A DNA stretch of 64,000 bases, from positions 447,803-511,802 of the forward strand of contig OZ025707.1 in NCBI GenBank assembly GCA_964019335.1, written 5' to 3'. The position numbers were made by a program, and so were the translations under genes. Every line of letters begins with the position of its first letter. Within the stretch, counting starts at the first letter, position 1. Shown one piece after another: positions 24,951 to 36,900 of this stretch. The stretch is from Diplonema japonicum. Lineage: Eukaryota; Protista; Euglenozoa: Diplonemea. The notes beneath the pieces were generated by a model that searched no databases, was not told the DNA's origin, and saw only the letters and a list, made by a program, of their open reading frames with translations.

Positions 24951-25013
24951 CCCTGCAGAGGAGGGAGGGCGGGAGGCAGGCAGGCCGAAAAGCTAAGAAA
25001 GAAAAAAGAAACA

Positions 25014-26038
25014 ATGTCCGCGGGGGGGTTCGTGCCGTTCATATGCGTGACGGTCAACGGGGTTGTCGTGAAGCTGCCGACGCCGTCCATGAAGAGAGTG
25101 GCGAAGACGGTGCTGAAAGGGGAGAAGATGAACAACCTGGACATCCACACGCAGGAGGACGACTTCACTGTGTGCATCACCCTGACGGTACCCTTCCCAA
25201 CAGACAGCGGCGACGTCGACTGGGGTGTGTCTGCGAGGTTCATGACAGAGTCAGGCAACGACCCTGAGTACGTGCTTGGCGTCATCTCGTCACAGATGAC
25301 GCACCCTAAGGTCTTCACACAGAAAGTACCTATTAAGTCAAGTTGCGTATGTTATCTTTTTTTCTTTTTTTCACGACAAGCCCCTCCCCTTTCCAAACAG
25401 CTGACAGGCATAAAATTCAAAGCCATGCCGCAAATGACCGACAGAAAGGAACACCGTGAGATGCTCCTGCAACACCTGGATGAGGTCATGTCTGAGAAAA
25501 TGCAGGCATTGACCGCGTTGGTATCGGAAAAAAAAGAAAATAAAAAGAAAATAAAAAAAAATAGGAAGACCCTGAGAAGATTGCAGCGGAGGAGAGGGTG
25601 GTCAAGGCGGGTTCCGAAGAGCTTCGGAGGTTGGTGGACGCAAAGCTGAGAAACACCGATTTGAACGAAGAGGTGTGGCTGGAGTTTTTAAAGCACCAGA
25701 ACAAGTTCATGGTGGAGACAGACGTCAAGAAGGAGCTCATCGTATCAGAGATGTTCAGCAAAAAGAAAGACCCTTACTACTGCTCCGAGGCGCCAGTAAA
25801 CTACGAGGATGTTATTGTTGATAGGGTAGTGCGAGCGCTGAAGGAGAACGGTTCCCTGGAGCTCCCTCTCCTTATGGAGATCCTTTGGACAGACGAGGAG
25901 CCCCTCCTCCGCCAAGCGACCCGGAGGGTGCTATGCCCCAACTGGAAGGTCCTCAAGGAAATACTCTATGACAATAAGAATAAGTTTGAATGGAAGACCA
26001 ACCACAACCCCCCTTACATCTGTTTGAAAAATAACTGA
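25014..26038 (+). CDS. Uncharacterised protein, paralogue A; introns 25347-25400 and 25521-25564
   Basis: Introns join ORFs 25014 and 25598 in frame. Shares motifs with 28670-29955. Confidence 0.7.
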
Positions 26039-26328
26039 AAAAGATTTTTTTTGGGAGGGGTTGGAGAGTGAGTTTCTTTTTGTTTAATCCGGGATCTAAG
26101 GTTTGGTAGGGGGAAAAAAGAAGAAAGCACACACAAAGAAAAAGAAAAGGGATAACTTGCTCCATATATTTTGTTTCTTTTTTTTTTCTGCTCGGCCGAG
26201 GTGCGCCCCCTGTAATTAAGCAGACAGTGCTTGTGCAGCGTGTCACTGGCCTCCAATATATATATTTTCTTTTCTTCTGTACCCCCCCTGCCTTCATATC
26301 AAAGTTCAATTATTAACAATAAAGATAT

Positions 26329-27333
26329 GAGCTCGTCCGGACGAAAATGTCAACACTTTTTTGGGCACCTCCGAAAATTTCTTGTTTTGATTATTTGAGC
26401 AAAAAAAGGGCAGCATGCAACCATAGGAAGATGACATATATGGTATGACGCCGTTCTTTCAATTGCGATGCTTGTTTTGCCATGAGGGTGGCAGGCTTTG
26501 CAACCGGCTGCCCCCAGGAAGCGAAAAATAGAGGTCAGAAAAACGGCGGAAAATGTTTAAAATGCAATTTTATTGCTTAAAATGCAGCATCTAGGGTGCA
26601 TAAAATTGGTGATCAAGCGCACTTGTGACCCCTGGGTACAACCCAGGGTCGGGTTACTGTTAAAAGTACTTAGCGAAAAATATATGGCGCCGCATAGCCC
26701 CCGAAAATCCGGTTTTTTACACCCTATTTTTTGGCTTTTTCAAGGGGTTCCTAAGGGATTTTGGCCTTTTTCAGAAAAACCAATTCTTAACACTTGCCTG
26801 CTCATGCAGAGCTTCGACATTGGTATCTTTGGGGTCAAACTTTCATTCTCAACCCATCTGCTGATGGTTTTCCTTTTCTTTTGCACCCATATTACTTTAA
26901 AAGTGAAAGTTTTGCTTTTTAAGGGGTTTTAAAGGGATTTTAGCCTTAAATAGGCCAAAATGGCACTGTAAGGGTAAGTTCTCCCCACCCCATTTTAATA
27001 GAGATTTAGAGTCCAGCCCACCCAAAATGACCCCAAAGGTTTCACAGATTTTCAGCCTGCGTCCATTCCTCCTGTCACTTTTCACGGAAAAACGAAAATA
27101 AAAAATGGAGTCTGGGTTATTTGTAACTTCCAAATTGAATCGTTTGCCAAAAACCATTCTAAAAAACATGTTTTTGCACGTGCGTTTTAAAAATAAAACA
27201 AACGGCGAGCATTTTGACCTATATGGTGTTCAAGCACAAAGTGGTGTCGGACTACTTTTTTACTTAGAAATTTAACGGGGGTTTTCCGCCGCATAGGAGG
27301 GTCATTTGTTGACATTTTTTTCCGGACGAGCTC
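26329..27333. mobile_element. Non-autonomous DNA transposon (~1 kb), GAG…CTC termini, ATAT flanks (Sola-like)
   Basis: Near-perfect ~27-bp TIR: gagctcgtccggacgaaaatgtcaaca (from 26329) and tgttgacatttttttccggacgagctc (27307-27333). ATAT flanks both sides (TA plus TGAG…CTCA termini is an alternative reading). No credible ORF inside. Confidence 0.8.
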
Positions 27334-27579
27334 ATATATAAAAAAGAAAAAAATTACGCACCCCCCCCGGCAACTTTTTTTTTTTGCTGTTTTCAAAAAG
27401 AACAAAAAAAAAAAAAGAGGGGGAAGGGGGATTGGAGTAGTTATTGCAAATGTCTCGCAACTTTGTGTGTACAAGGCAATGAAAGGCTGCACCTACGGCT
27501 TCCCCCCCCTTTTTTTTTCTAAATGTCTCCTTTTTTTTTTGGCGTTACCGAGTATACAAAAATCGGGAATCCCCCTCAG

Positions 27580-27610
<31 letters not shown>

Positions 27611-27945
27611 GAACAAGTAAACAAATTTTGAAAAGAATTGTTATTGCAGGAAAAGAGTGGAGCTGGTCCGTTTACCCCTACTGTAGGAAAACGGCTTGCA
27701 CAAAACAAAGAAGCCCTTATCAGGTACTTGCGGGAGGTGCTGTGACCCCTTTTTTTGAAGTAGCCCCGGTATGGGGAAAATAAAAAGATTTGTTATTTCG
27801 AGTGAAAAGTTCCTTAATCTGCGTCGACAGGGGAAGAAAAGATGGGAGGGGGAGAGGGTAAGTGTCTTTGCTGCCTTTTTTTTTTCCCCTTTTTTCCCTT
27901 GTAAAATTGTGTTTCTTTTTTTTTTGGGGATAGGTGCAGGTAGAA

Positions 27946-27995
27946 GATGAGAACAAGGGGGCGTCTCACAAAGACTTCCTTTAACTCATATATAT
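27946..27995. repeat. 50-bp dispersed repeat, identical copy at 40792-40841, degenerate copy at ~10388-10434
   Basis: gatgagaacaagggggcgtctcacaaagacttcctttaactcatatatat. Confidence 0.9.
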
Positions 27996-28097
27996 TTTTT
28001 TTCTTTTTGGCCTGCGGCTCTCGCGCGGAGTTTGCATGTGTCATCGACTTTGTTTTCTTTTTTTTTCCAACGGAAACTCTCGAGTTTATGACTCTTA

Positions 28098-28132
<35 letters not shown>

Positions 28133-28608
28133 TGATGTATGGGGATGTGCCAAAAGCCGTCCTTTTTCGTTGTTAATATGTCCCCGGAGAAAGATAGTAA
28201 AAAAAAGAAATTGTGTCTTTATCAAAGCAGGTGGACTTTTCTGCCTATTTTTTTTCTGGGGTCATTTTATGGGAAAATCCAAAAAAAAAAACCGAGTTCA
28301 AGTTTACCCCCCCTTTTTTTCTTGGAACTTTCCCTCCCCTCCATCGAAATATCTTATTTACAATTCAAAAGAAAAGAAGAAAGAGGGGGGGGGGGGGGGG
28401 GAAAGGAAAACGCCCCGCTAAGTACTAAAGAACTAGAAAAGAATGCCGTCCCCACCCAAAAGAAAAAAAAGAAGGAAGCGAAGGGGGGGGGGGGGGGGGG
28501 GACGTTTAAGGAAAAAAGGGAAAAAAAGAAACAGGAAGGGCTTTTCATTTGTCTTTTTTTTTTTTATATTTTATCCTCTTCTTTTTTAATGTATTTTCTC
28601 GTTCTTGC

Positions 28609-28669
<61 letters not shown>

Positions 28670-28674
<5 letters not shown>

Positions 28675-29955
28675 GTTCTCACACAGAGCTTCGTTCACAG
28701 CACCGCTGCCTTCTAGCACGCATACGGCAGCTGTCCCGAGTTCCTTCGACAACCTGACGGGGTTGGGACAGCAGCCCAGCGGGCTGACACAGACCACTAT
28801 GCCCTTTTTCCCCACTTTTTTAAACGACATAATCGGAAACGAGAAAATAGCATGGACAGGTTGCTATGAGATGGATGCCGAGGGGGAGGGGGAGGAGGTC
28901 GGGGGGGAGGACTGCGACAAGACCCCCCCCAAGCTGGACGAGTACCGGGATTGCCCGTTCATATCCGTCGCCCTCAACGGGGAGGAGCTGAGGCTCCCCC
29001 TCCCCACCACCAACACCACAGAGGACAATTACGAACATCTTGTCACCCCCGCAATGGACCCTTTCCCCAGCCGGCAGTTCTTCGACCTCCACGTGTCCAT
29101 GATTATCCCCTTCGACACCGTCAAGGACGAGGCGTGGGATTCTTATGAGTACGACGTCACGGTGGACTTCGAGAATGCTACAACCAGCGACAGAAGGTCT
29201 TACTTCCTGGGCACGCTTACAGGGGGTCTGCAACCCGCACCTATTGTATCCGAGAAACTACTGTTCAAGCCGACCACGGTATTGTCTTTTATTTCATTTC
29301 ATGACAAAAAAAAAAAAAAAAAAAAAAGATGACGTTCAAAGTGAGCACGAGAAACTGGAAGACCTCAATGCTGCCTTGCGCGGGACGCCCCGAACCGGAT
29401 GTGCTGCGCTTGATAGGTTCGATCCTCAAACTGTTGGAGCTGAAATGTGTCACGGGGTATGTAATCTCCACAATAAAAAAAAGAAAAATAATAAAAAAAT
29501 AAAGTTCCGGCCCGATCAAAGCGACACGGTTAAGAAGCGATATTAAAGAAACATCGAGCAACGAGCTGATCATCGCAGGGTTGAAGGACATGAAGTGGAC
29601 TGAGTTTTTGAAAAAACTGCATGACCAGGGCTACCTGTGGATGACGTCGAAGGGGCAAGAAAACTGGGTGTCCCTCCTCCCCCACGACAAGGAAGATTGC
29701 ACCAACTCGATGGCCGAGAAGCGAAATGTAGCCCAGTGCATGACACACTTGCTTCAGTACAACAGGATGACACCCATATCAGATGCCATGGATATGCTCT
29801 TCGATCACCCAAAGGCCAGCGGCGACCTCTGGAAGATGATGTCGCCAAACTGGAAGACGCTACGAAGGATCCTTGTCAGCCAGGAGGCCAACGAAGCTCA
29901 TATCCACTTGGACCCTTGCGGCGATGGGTGTGTGAAGGTATCGCTACTCGAGTGA
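28670..29955 (+). CDS. Uncharacterised protein, paralogue B; introns 29279-29328 and 29457-29504
   Basis: ATG follows poly-A and splicing restores one frame. PFISVALNGEELRLP vs PFICVTVNGVVVKLP, and SPNWKTLRRIL vs CPNWKVLKEIL in paralogue A. Confidence 0.7.
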
Positions 29956-30040
29956 ACTGGAAAAATGGAACGAACAACGCTTGGAGGGGGGGGAGGGGGA
30001 GTGTTCTTTTACAGTGTTTTTTTTTTTTAAAAAAGAAATT

Positions 30041-31781
30041 GGGTAAAATTCAAAATAGGGGTACAGAATTTAGCCCTTTTTTGGATTTGGCTATAAAATG
30101 ACCTAAGGTGAGGAAGAACACCTCACGGTTGTCACCAAAACCACCCTGTGGGCCCATTCCTGGGTGACAACAGTGATAGGCGCACGTATTTTGGGAATAT
30201 TTCCCTGTTTTTGTGTGTTTTTGGGCCCTTTTTGGGACTTGTCAAGAATGGACAGATTTTCCTGTTTTTCGTAGGTGCGCCAAAAAAATGGAAAAAATAC
30301 ATGTTTCAAAGTTGAGTGGGGGTGGGTTGTACCCAGAGGTGTCGTAGGGTGTGAAACATGCCATTTCCTCACCCCAGGGGGGTCATTTTATGAATCAGAA
30401 AAAGAACTGGAAACCCCTGACACCCCCTGTCACCCCCCCTGTCATAGGGGGGCACCCCCTGACACCCCCTATGACAGGGCTCAGAACACCGTCTTTTTGA
30501 CATGTTGCATGTCAAAACACTATATTTTACCCCAAAAACACCGAAACACCACGGATACCACCCCATGGGACCCTTGAAAACAAGTCTAAAATCGACTTTG
30601 CAATCCTGGAAGGGGAGCGGTTTATGGCCAAAAAGGAGTTACGTAAGACATGGAAACTGGACAAATCGAGTTTAAATTTGTTTCTGCAGCATATTAAGAA
30701 CACAGCACTCTTAAGAAAAGCTGGAAAGAGGTTCAGGTGCTTCAAGTGCAGCCACACAACAGAAGGTTGCGCATTGTCTCGAGAAGGTTCTGTGTCGTCA
30801 ACAGAGTCAAGCCCCGCAAGTCCTGCTAATGAAAGTCCGTCTGAAAACAATCGCAAACAAGGTGCAACACTCCACGGCCTGCAAGACTTGCAGCTGAGTA
30901 TAGTAACCCCATTTAGCGAACGGACCAGAGGGTGAGCTGATCGTCCTCAGTGTGGACTTCAAGAAGAAGCCCAAAATCCCGATGAGGGTGGAACAGCCGA
31001 ACCAAGATTTTTATAATCAAGCTGGGTTCGCATTTCTGGGTTTCACAGCCCATTATTTAGAAGGCGAGGAAACAAAAGTCCATCACTTTGACTTCTTATT
31101 AAGGTCCCTCAACCAAGACAGTCCTGTTGTCATCAGCTGTTTTGAAACCTTAATGAAAGAGGACCTGTTCAAAACGAAGCTCAAATCACGAAGTTTGAAC
31201 ATATGGTGCGACTCTGGGAAACACTTCCAAAGCCAGGTCGTCGCATCCTTTTCCTTCTCCATTCCCAAACCCGTTTCTTAAATTTCTTTCCGGGCTGACA
31301 CGGAAAAAACGAATGTGACTCACACTTCGGGGTGGTCTCCAGAACTGTCATGCCCTATGTGCGCCACACATCAACATCCTCACTCAGCGACTATCAAAGA
31401 GTCGTAGCCGGCATCTCTTCTACAACTGCCATTCTAATGGACTTAAAAACCACTACTCGCGAGATGCAGGTGTTGGATATCCCCTTAATCACGGCCATAC
31501 CCTCCTATTCGGTCACGAAGAGACCCAAGAGAGCGATAGCAAAACTTCCTTTTGCAGGTTCGTCTGAAGGTCTGCTTATCTCCACTACTACCACCAGTGT
31601 TCAGGTGAAGCACGATGTAAGGGAAAGAAGTTTATTCACCATTTTAGTGGTTCTCCCACCCCCACTTGGTTCCTAGGGGGTCTGTGATGGCGAAAACCAC
31701 CCAGAAACACCTCGGGAGGGCGTGGAAAGACATCAGGGCAATCCAGTGCTAAATTCTGTACCCCTATTTTGAATTTTACCC
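30041..31781 (+). mobile_element. Sola2-like DNA transposon with decayed transposase
   Basis: Perfect 34-bp TIRs gggtaaaattcaaaataggggtacagaatttagc (30041-30074, 31748-31781), GGG…CCC termini, AATT target duplication, internal transposase motifs. Confidence 0.85.
30624..31676 (+). pseudogene. Frameshifted DDD transposase remnant (Sola2-like)
   Basis: Pieces in different frames: DFKKK…QDFY (30952), IWCDSGKHFQS, and LNFFPG*HGKNECDSHFGVVSR (~31278-31343) with an in-frame TGA. Confidence 0.75.
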
Positions 31782-31864
31782 AATTCTTTTTTTTTTTTTA
31801 TATATATATACCTGTCCTTTAAGTTCCGTTCTTTCCTCTTTATTTTTATGGGGGTGGTGGTGAT

Positions 31865-31886
31865 ATAACTGGCTTGTCGCGACGTT

Positions 31887-31918
<32 letters not shown>

Positions 31919-31966
31919 ACCTAGACAAGCAGAATTGTCTAAGGGTTGGATTGTTCACCCACTAAC

Positions 31967-32010
<44 letters not shown>

Positions 32011-32024
32011 TTACCCTACTGATG
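31865..32024 (+). rRNA. LSU (28S-type) rRNA fragment from the peptidyl-transferase region; isolated pseudogene piece
   Basis: gatccttcgatgtcggctcttcctaacctag…ggattgttcacccact…gaacgtgagctgggtttagaccgtcgtgagacaggttggttttaccctact. The ggctcttcctaacctag and caggttggtttt variants resemble kinetoplastid LSU. Apparent internal deletion after ctggcttgt; no other rDNA nearby. Confidence 0.9.
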
Positions 32025-32783
32025 GAGAGAGAGCCCATCGGGCCAGCGTATCTCAACAGCAATATGGGGTTTAAAAAAAGAAAAAGAATGGGGGGAAAAG
32101 AAAAATGGAAAGAAGAAAAGAGGAGAAAGAGAAAAAAAAGGGGGGGGGCTCTTTATTTCATTCCCCTTCCTCGTATTTTTGAAACAGTCTTCTTTTGGGA
32201 AGGCGATGGGGAGAGAGAGCCAACCCCATGTGTGTACGGCTTCTGCTACTTTTCTTTCTTTTTTTTTTGTTTCAATTCATATTCCTTTCTTCTCCCTCCC
32301 ATCCCCCGGGCTTTTTTTTCTTATTTCCTCGATGAATTAAAACGGCCTTTGTTCTCTTCCGGCTTACCCTTGCCTTTACTGGGGCAAGGGTTCCCCCCCC
32401 CCCTTTTTTTTAAAATAAATGGTCTGGGGAAGAAAAAAGAAGAAGAAAAATAAAAGAAAACACTTTGTTTGCATCCTTCTCAAGCCCCTTGCACGCTATT
32501 ATATTACTTTTTTTTTTTTTTTTTTTACAACTATTTTGGGGGACCCGCCATATCTGAAGGCGACCATTTTTCAGATCAAAAAGCACGCCCCACAGTGAGT
32601 TGTCTGTTGTAACTAAAAAACAGCTATTTGCCTTGGATTACAATAATTGAAGAAGAAAAGGGGGGGGAAATTCCTCCAAGGTGCGAACAATTGGGGGGAG
32701 GGAAAGGGGGAGGGGGGGATATTTTGCTCCTTTTTTTTTTCTCGAGAGAGAAAATAATTTAACATATCATGTCTCTAAAACCC

Positions 32784-32823
<40 letters not shown>

Positions 32824-32918
32824 GAAACGGGAATGAGCTGCACAAAGGTACTGCAAGGATGATGAAATGAGAATTCGTTTTTAGAAATATCCACTGAAAG
32901 GCACCTCTCTTTCTTTGA

Positions 32919-33118
32919 NNNNNNNNNNNNNNNNNNNNNNNNNNNNNNNNNNNNNNNNNNNNNNNNNNNNNNNNNNNNNNNNNNNNNNNNNNNNNNNNNN
33001 NNNNNNNNNNNNNNNNNNNNNNNNNNNNNNNNNNNNNNNNNNNNNNNNNNNNNNNNNNNNNNNNNNNNNNNNNNNNNNNNNNNNNNNNNNNNNNNNNNNN
33101 NNNNNNNNNNNNNNNNNN
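32919..33118. other. Assembly gap (200 N)
   Basis: Run of n characters. Confidence 1.
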
Positions 33119-33211
33119 CCCCAGGTGAAAGGGAATTAAAAAAAGGGGGGGGGGAATACCAGCGAAGAAGCGGAAGACTAGTGTAAAGTGGGGGGGGGGG
33201 GGGGGGGGGGG

Positions 33212-33386
33212 GGGCTATGCTGGCAAGAAACGGGGAAACGTTTCCGTTTTCCGTTTCCTTATTTTTCTTGATACTTTTCAGAGGAAACGTGTTCCCCTTA
33301 AGGAAACGGCGCTAAAAAAAAAGAAACGTTTCCTTATTTTCAAAAAAAAAAATGCTTGGAAACACGTTTCCTTGCCAGCATAGCCC
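33212..33386. mobile_element. ~175-bp MITE (hAT-like end) inside a poly-G tract
   Basis: TIR gggctatgctggcaag / cttgccagcatagccc(tg), many internal ggaaacg/cgtttcc motifs, poly-G on both sides. Confidence 0.7.
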
Positions 33387-33902
33387 TGGGGGGGGGGGGG
33401 GGGGGGGGCAATTCAGGTTGTAAAGATATAGGTAAAAAAAAGAGAAATAAGAAAAATGGTTTTCCATTTTATCAGAATCACCCCTTCTATTTTTCAAAAA
33501 GAAAAAAAGAGAAGGAAAAAAAAAAAAAATCCGCTGCGACAGCTTACGTTTGGGAAGAGAGCAAAGGGGAGGGAGGGGGGAGGTTTGTTTTTTGTTTTCT
33601 TTGTTTTTTTTTATATTTGTGTTGAAAGGGGTCAATCGGGCTTCAAATGCCTTATGGATATGGAGCCCAATTTTTTTTTCTTTTTTTTTTTATTGTGTGT
33701 TTTTTTTTTTCTTCATTTTTTTTCACCCCCCCACTCCCCTCCTCTGCCCATCAACGCGAGAGCTTTCTGTCTTATGAAGTTTTATTCTGTTTTTTACACA
33801 TAAAAACACAAGTTTCTTACCAACCATCACCACAGTGGCAACACACACACAAAAAAAAGAAAAAAGATAAGAAAAGAAGGAATATGAGACAAAAGGGAAG
33901 AA

Positions 33903-36900
33903 ATGGGAAGCGAAAAGTACAGGGTAGCAGAGGTGACAACGTACAATGCTTCATTCCTGAGCCCGATCGATGATTGCTTGGGGAAGTGTTCCTTGCAGAA
34001 GGTCACTAAGGGTTTCAGTCCTCAGTGGAGTGGCGATGTAAACCGTAAGAAGCTAAAGGAGCTCGCTGTTCTAGTGGGGGTTGGTGGCGAGTGGCGTGAC
34101 CCACCCGCCTCCAAAACAGTAATCAGGTCTTACAAATCTATCACGCTGCCCGCCAAAGCCGGTTACATTAAAGGGCTTCCCAGAATGAAACAAGGAAGGA
34201 AGAAGCGTGGGGCTGCCCGCCCTCCTTCCGCGAAAATAACGTACAGGATGGAGCCTGTCACCGTCAGCAACATCCCCTACATCCCTGTGGTCAATGAACA
34301 GTTAAGGGGGAAGCTCCCTTCCAGACCGCAGTCTGCATCTGCACAGCAGCCGCCGCCGCCACCAGTGGGCATCGATTTCAACGCCACGACACCGGTCACC
34401 AACGTCGTCCCTTCGTTGTCCTGTGTTAAAAAGCACTTCTACGGTTCCATTGCGGCTGGTTTCAAGATCCCTGCGGCTGACGTACCGGGGCCTTCGTGGG
34501 AATCCCTTGACTACCAGCCTCCTCAGCTTTCTGGCAGCCTTGCTAAAGACCCGACGCTCACCTACTCCACTGGCCCGGTCGCTACTCTGTCCGACCGTGT
34601 CAAGGCCGAGAAGGACAAGAAGCGGTTTGTGTTCTCCGAAGATGATAACAAGACTGAAGAGAAAGAAGTAGGAGAGGGCAAGGAATGGGAGCCCACGACG
34701 AACAAGCGGGAGGTGAACAAGAATGTTCAAGAGGCGCACCCCCCTGCGCTCCGTAATTCGTTCTCTTTGAAGAAACGGCTGCCCCACGCGGGGACAAAGG
34801 GGCGAAAGGGGTCGCCATCAGACGTGTTCGGGTTCTGGGAAGACAACTTGCCGTCCACTGTGCCTGAGATGCCCCTTGCGGATAACGTGCATGTTTCACC
34901 CCCCGCGTCTCCTGCTTCTCCGGCGGTCCCCCTCGCACCTCTCGAGCCTGTACCACATCTCCAAAAAGATATCCCCCCTGTCCCCAGTCTTGTCTCTGCT
35001 CCCGCTCCTGTTCTAATCCACGTCCCCACCCCCCTTCCAGTACCCGATCCTGTTCCTATTGTTGTCTCTGAGCCTGATCCGCAGTCTGAAGCAGAGTTTG
35101 CACCGCCAGAGGTTGCTGAGGAGAAGGTGGTCACCCCGATCGCCATCCCTCAGGTCAGCTTCACCCAGGCAAGCCCTTTGCTTTCCATGATGACATGCAC
35201 CTGCACAATCACAGCTGCCCTCAATCTAGTCGTTTTTTCACTCCCCAGCCCCTCCCCGGTCATAACTGCCCCTGACTTGGAGGTTATACCTGCTGACGAT
35301 TCTGAAGCCGCATCATGTGAGCAGGACGTGAATCCTGATGACCTTGAAATCAGTGCGTTAGAGATCTCGGACTTGGAAGAAGACATAGTAACCATTCCCA
35401 CTTCTCCTGCTTTCGGGGACTTCTGCGACAGTGTGCCTGTGTTGGTCTTGGCTGCTGCAGTGTGCCAGTCCAATGTGATCACGCGGTGCGGCTCCTTTGG
35501 GATTATGAACAACTCTTGCAGTTTGATAGACTCTGTTTCCCTTATCTTGGACGAGCAAGGAAGCAGGAGCAGCGCCAGCACTCCCAAGGCAGAGTCCTTG
35601 CTACCACCGGGTCTTGCCGTGAAGCGCGACAGCATGGAATCGATAGCATTGTCGCACACGTCGCACACAACGGACGCGACCACCAGCAGCATCTCCGCCT
35701 ACTGCTTCGTACCACGAACGCGGTCCAGGAAGTCCATCCCCACCATCCCAAAGAAGAAGAGTTTGCGCAGCCCGAAGTCCCGCCGTATGAAGCGGAACAC
35801 AACCCCGGACATCACCAGCACAGTCTCTGAGTCTACGACAAACCTTCTGTCCTTGGCCGCGGCTGTGAAGGAGATGAAGCGCCACACGGTCAACACATTG
35901 AGCCTGATCCCACCTGTTTCATCTTTCTCGTCCCCTCCTCCATCTGTAATGGGGTCCCCCCTTTCCCCGAAAGCGAGTTGCAAGGGATTTGGGAAGGCAG
36001 CGCCGCAGCAGCACACCTTTGCAGCACGAATTATCAAAGCAAAAATACTTGGGGGCATGGCGGCTATTGCAGCCTCAGAGATGAGCCCGCCAATGAGCGT
36101 CGCGAGGCACAAGGTCGACCCTGACGCGATATCGGTGAGGGTGGTGGAGAAGCCCAGGAAGGGTGTTGCTCCGTTGGACGAAAAGAAGAAACGTGCTGCG
36201 GTGGTGATCGGTGTGGCGGAGACTGTCGACGTGCGTATGCCGTGCAGCAAAGGAATAGAGAGAGATGTGGAACAGGTGGCGAACGCACTGCACAGCATAG
36301 GGTTCAGGGTGCTGCTCTACCACACCGGACTGGAGTCAAGGCTGCCCACGAAAGTGAACATCTTGGATGGAATACGTGAAGCTGCTGTGGGCGTAGACAC
36401 GGTGTTAGTTTTCTACCAGGGCTTGACGCACGTTGGGCACCTTCAGCAGCAGCTCTGCTCATACAACGAGGAGGTCGATACGTACCTGTTCACCCAAGAC
36501 ACGCTGCTCGGACCCAACATGACAGCGGAGGAGAATTACCTGACACTGCGAGACCTTCAGGGCACAGGGAGCAACCTTGTCTATGTTGATGCCACAAGCA
36601 TCATGCAGGGCTGCCTGGGGTCCTCTCTTGTACACGGTGTTGCACACGCAGACTGCCCAAAGTCTATCGGAGGCCGCATCAACGGAAGATACGAGTTGGC
36701 TCACAGACATCTAATGTCATATTACTTTGTGAAAGGCTGTCAGGGGAGTGCCCTTAGGGATAGGGTGCTCACCCCGAACTCGCTGAACGTTTACTTGGCA
36801 AAAAAGCTGAAGGCGAGAGGTATTGAAGTGTCAACGAATTCATCAAGCCTGAAGATAGGCGACCTGGTGCTGGCGGACAAGACCGATTACGGTACACGAT

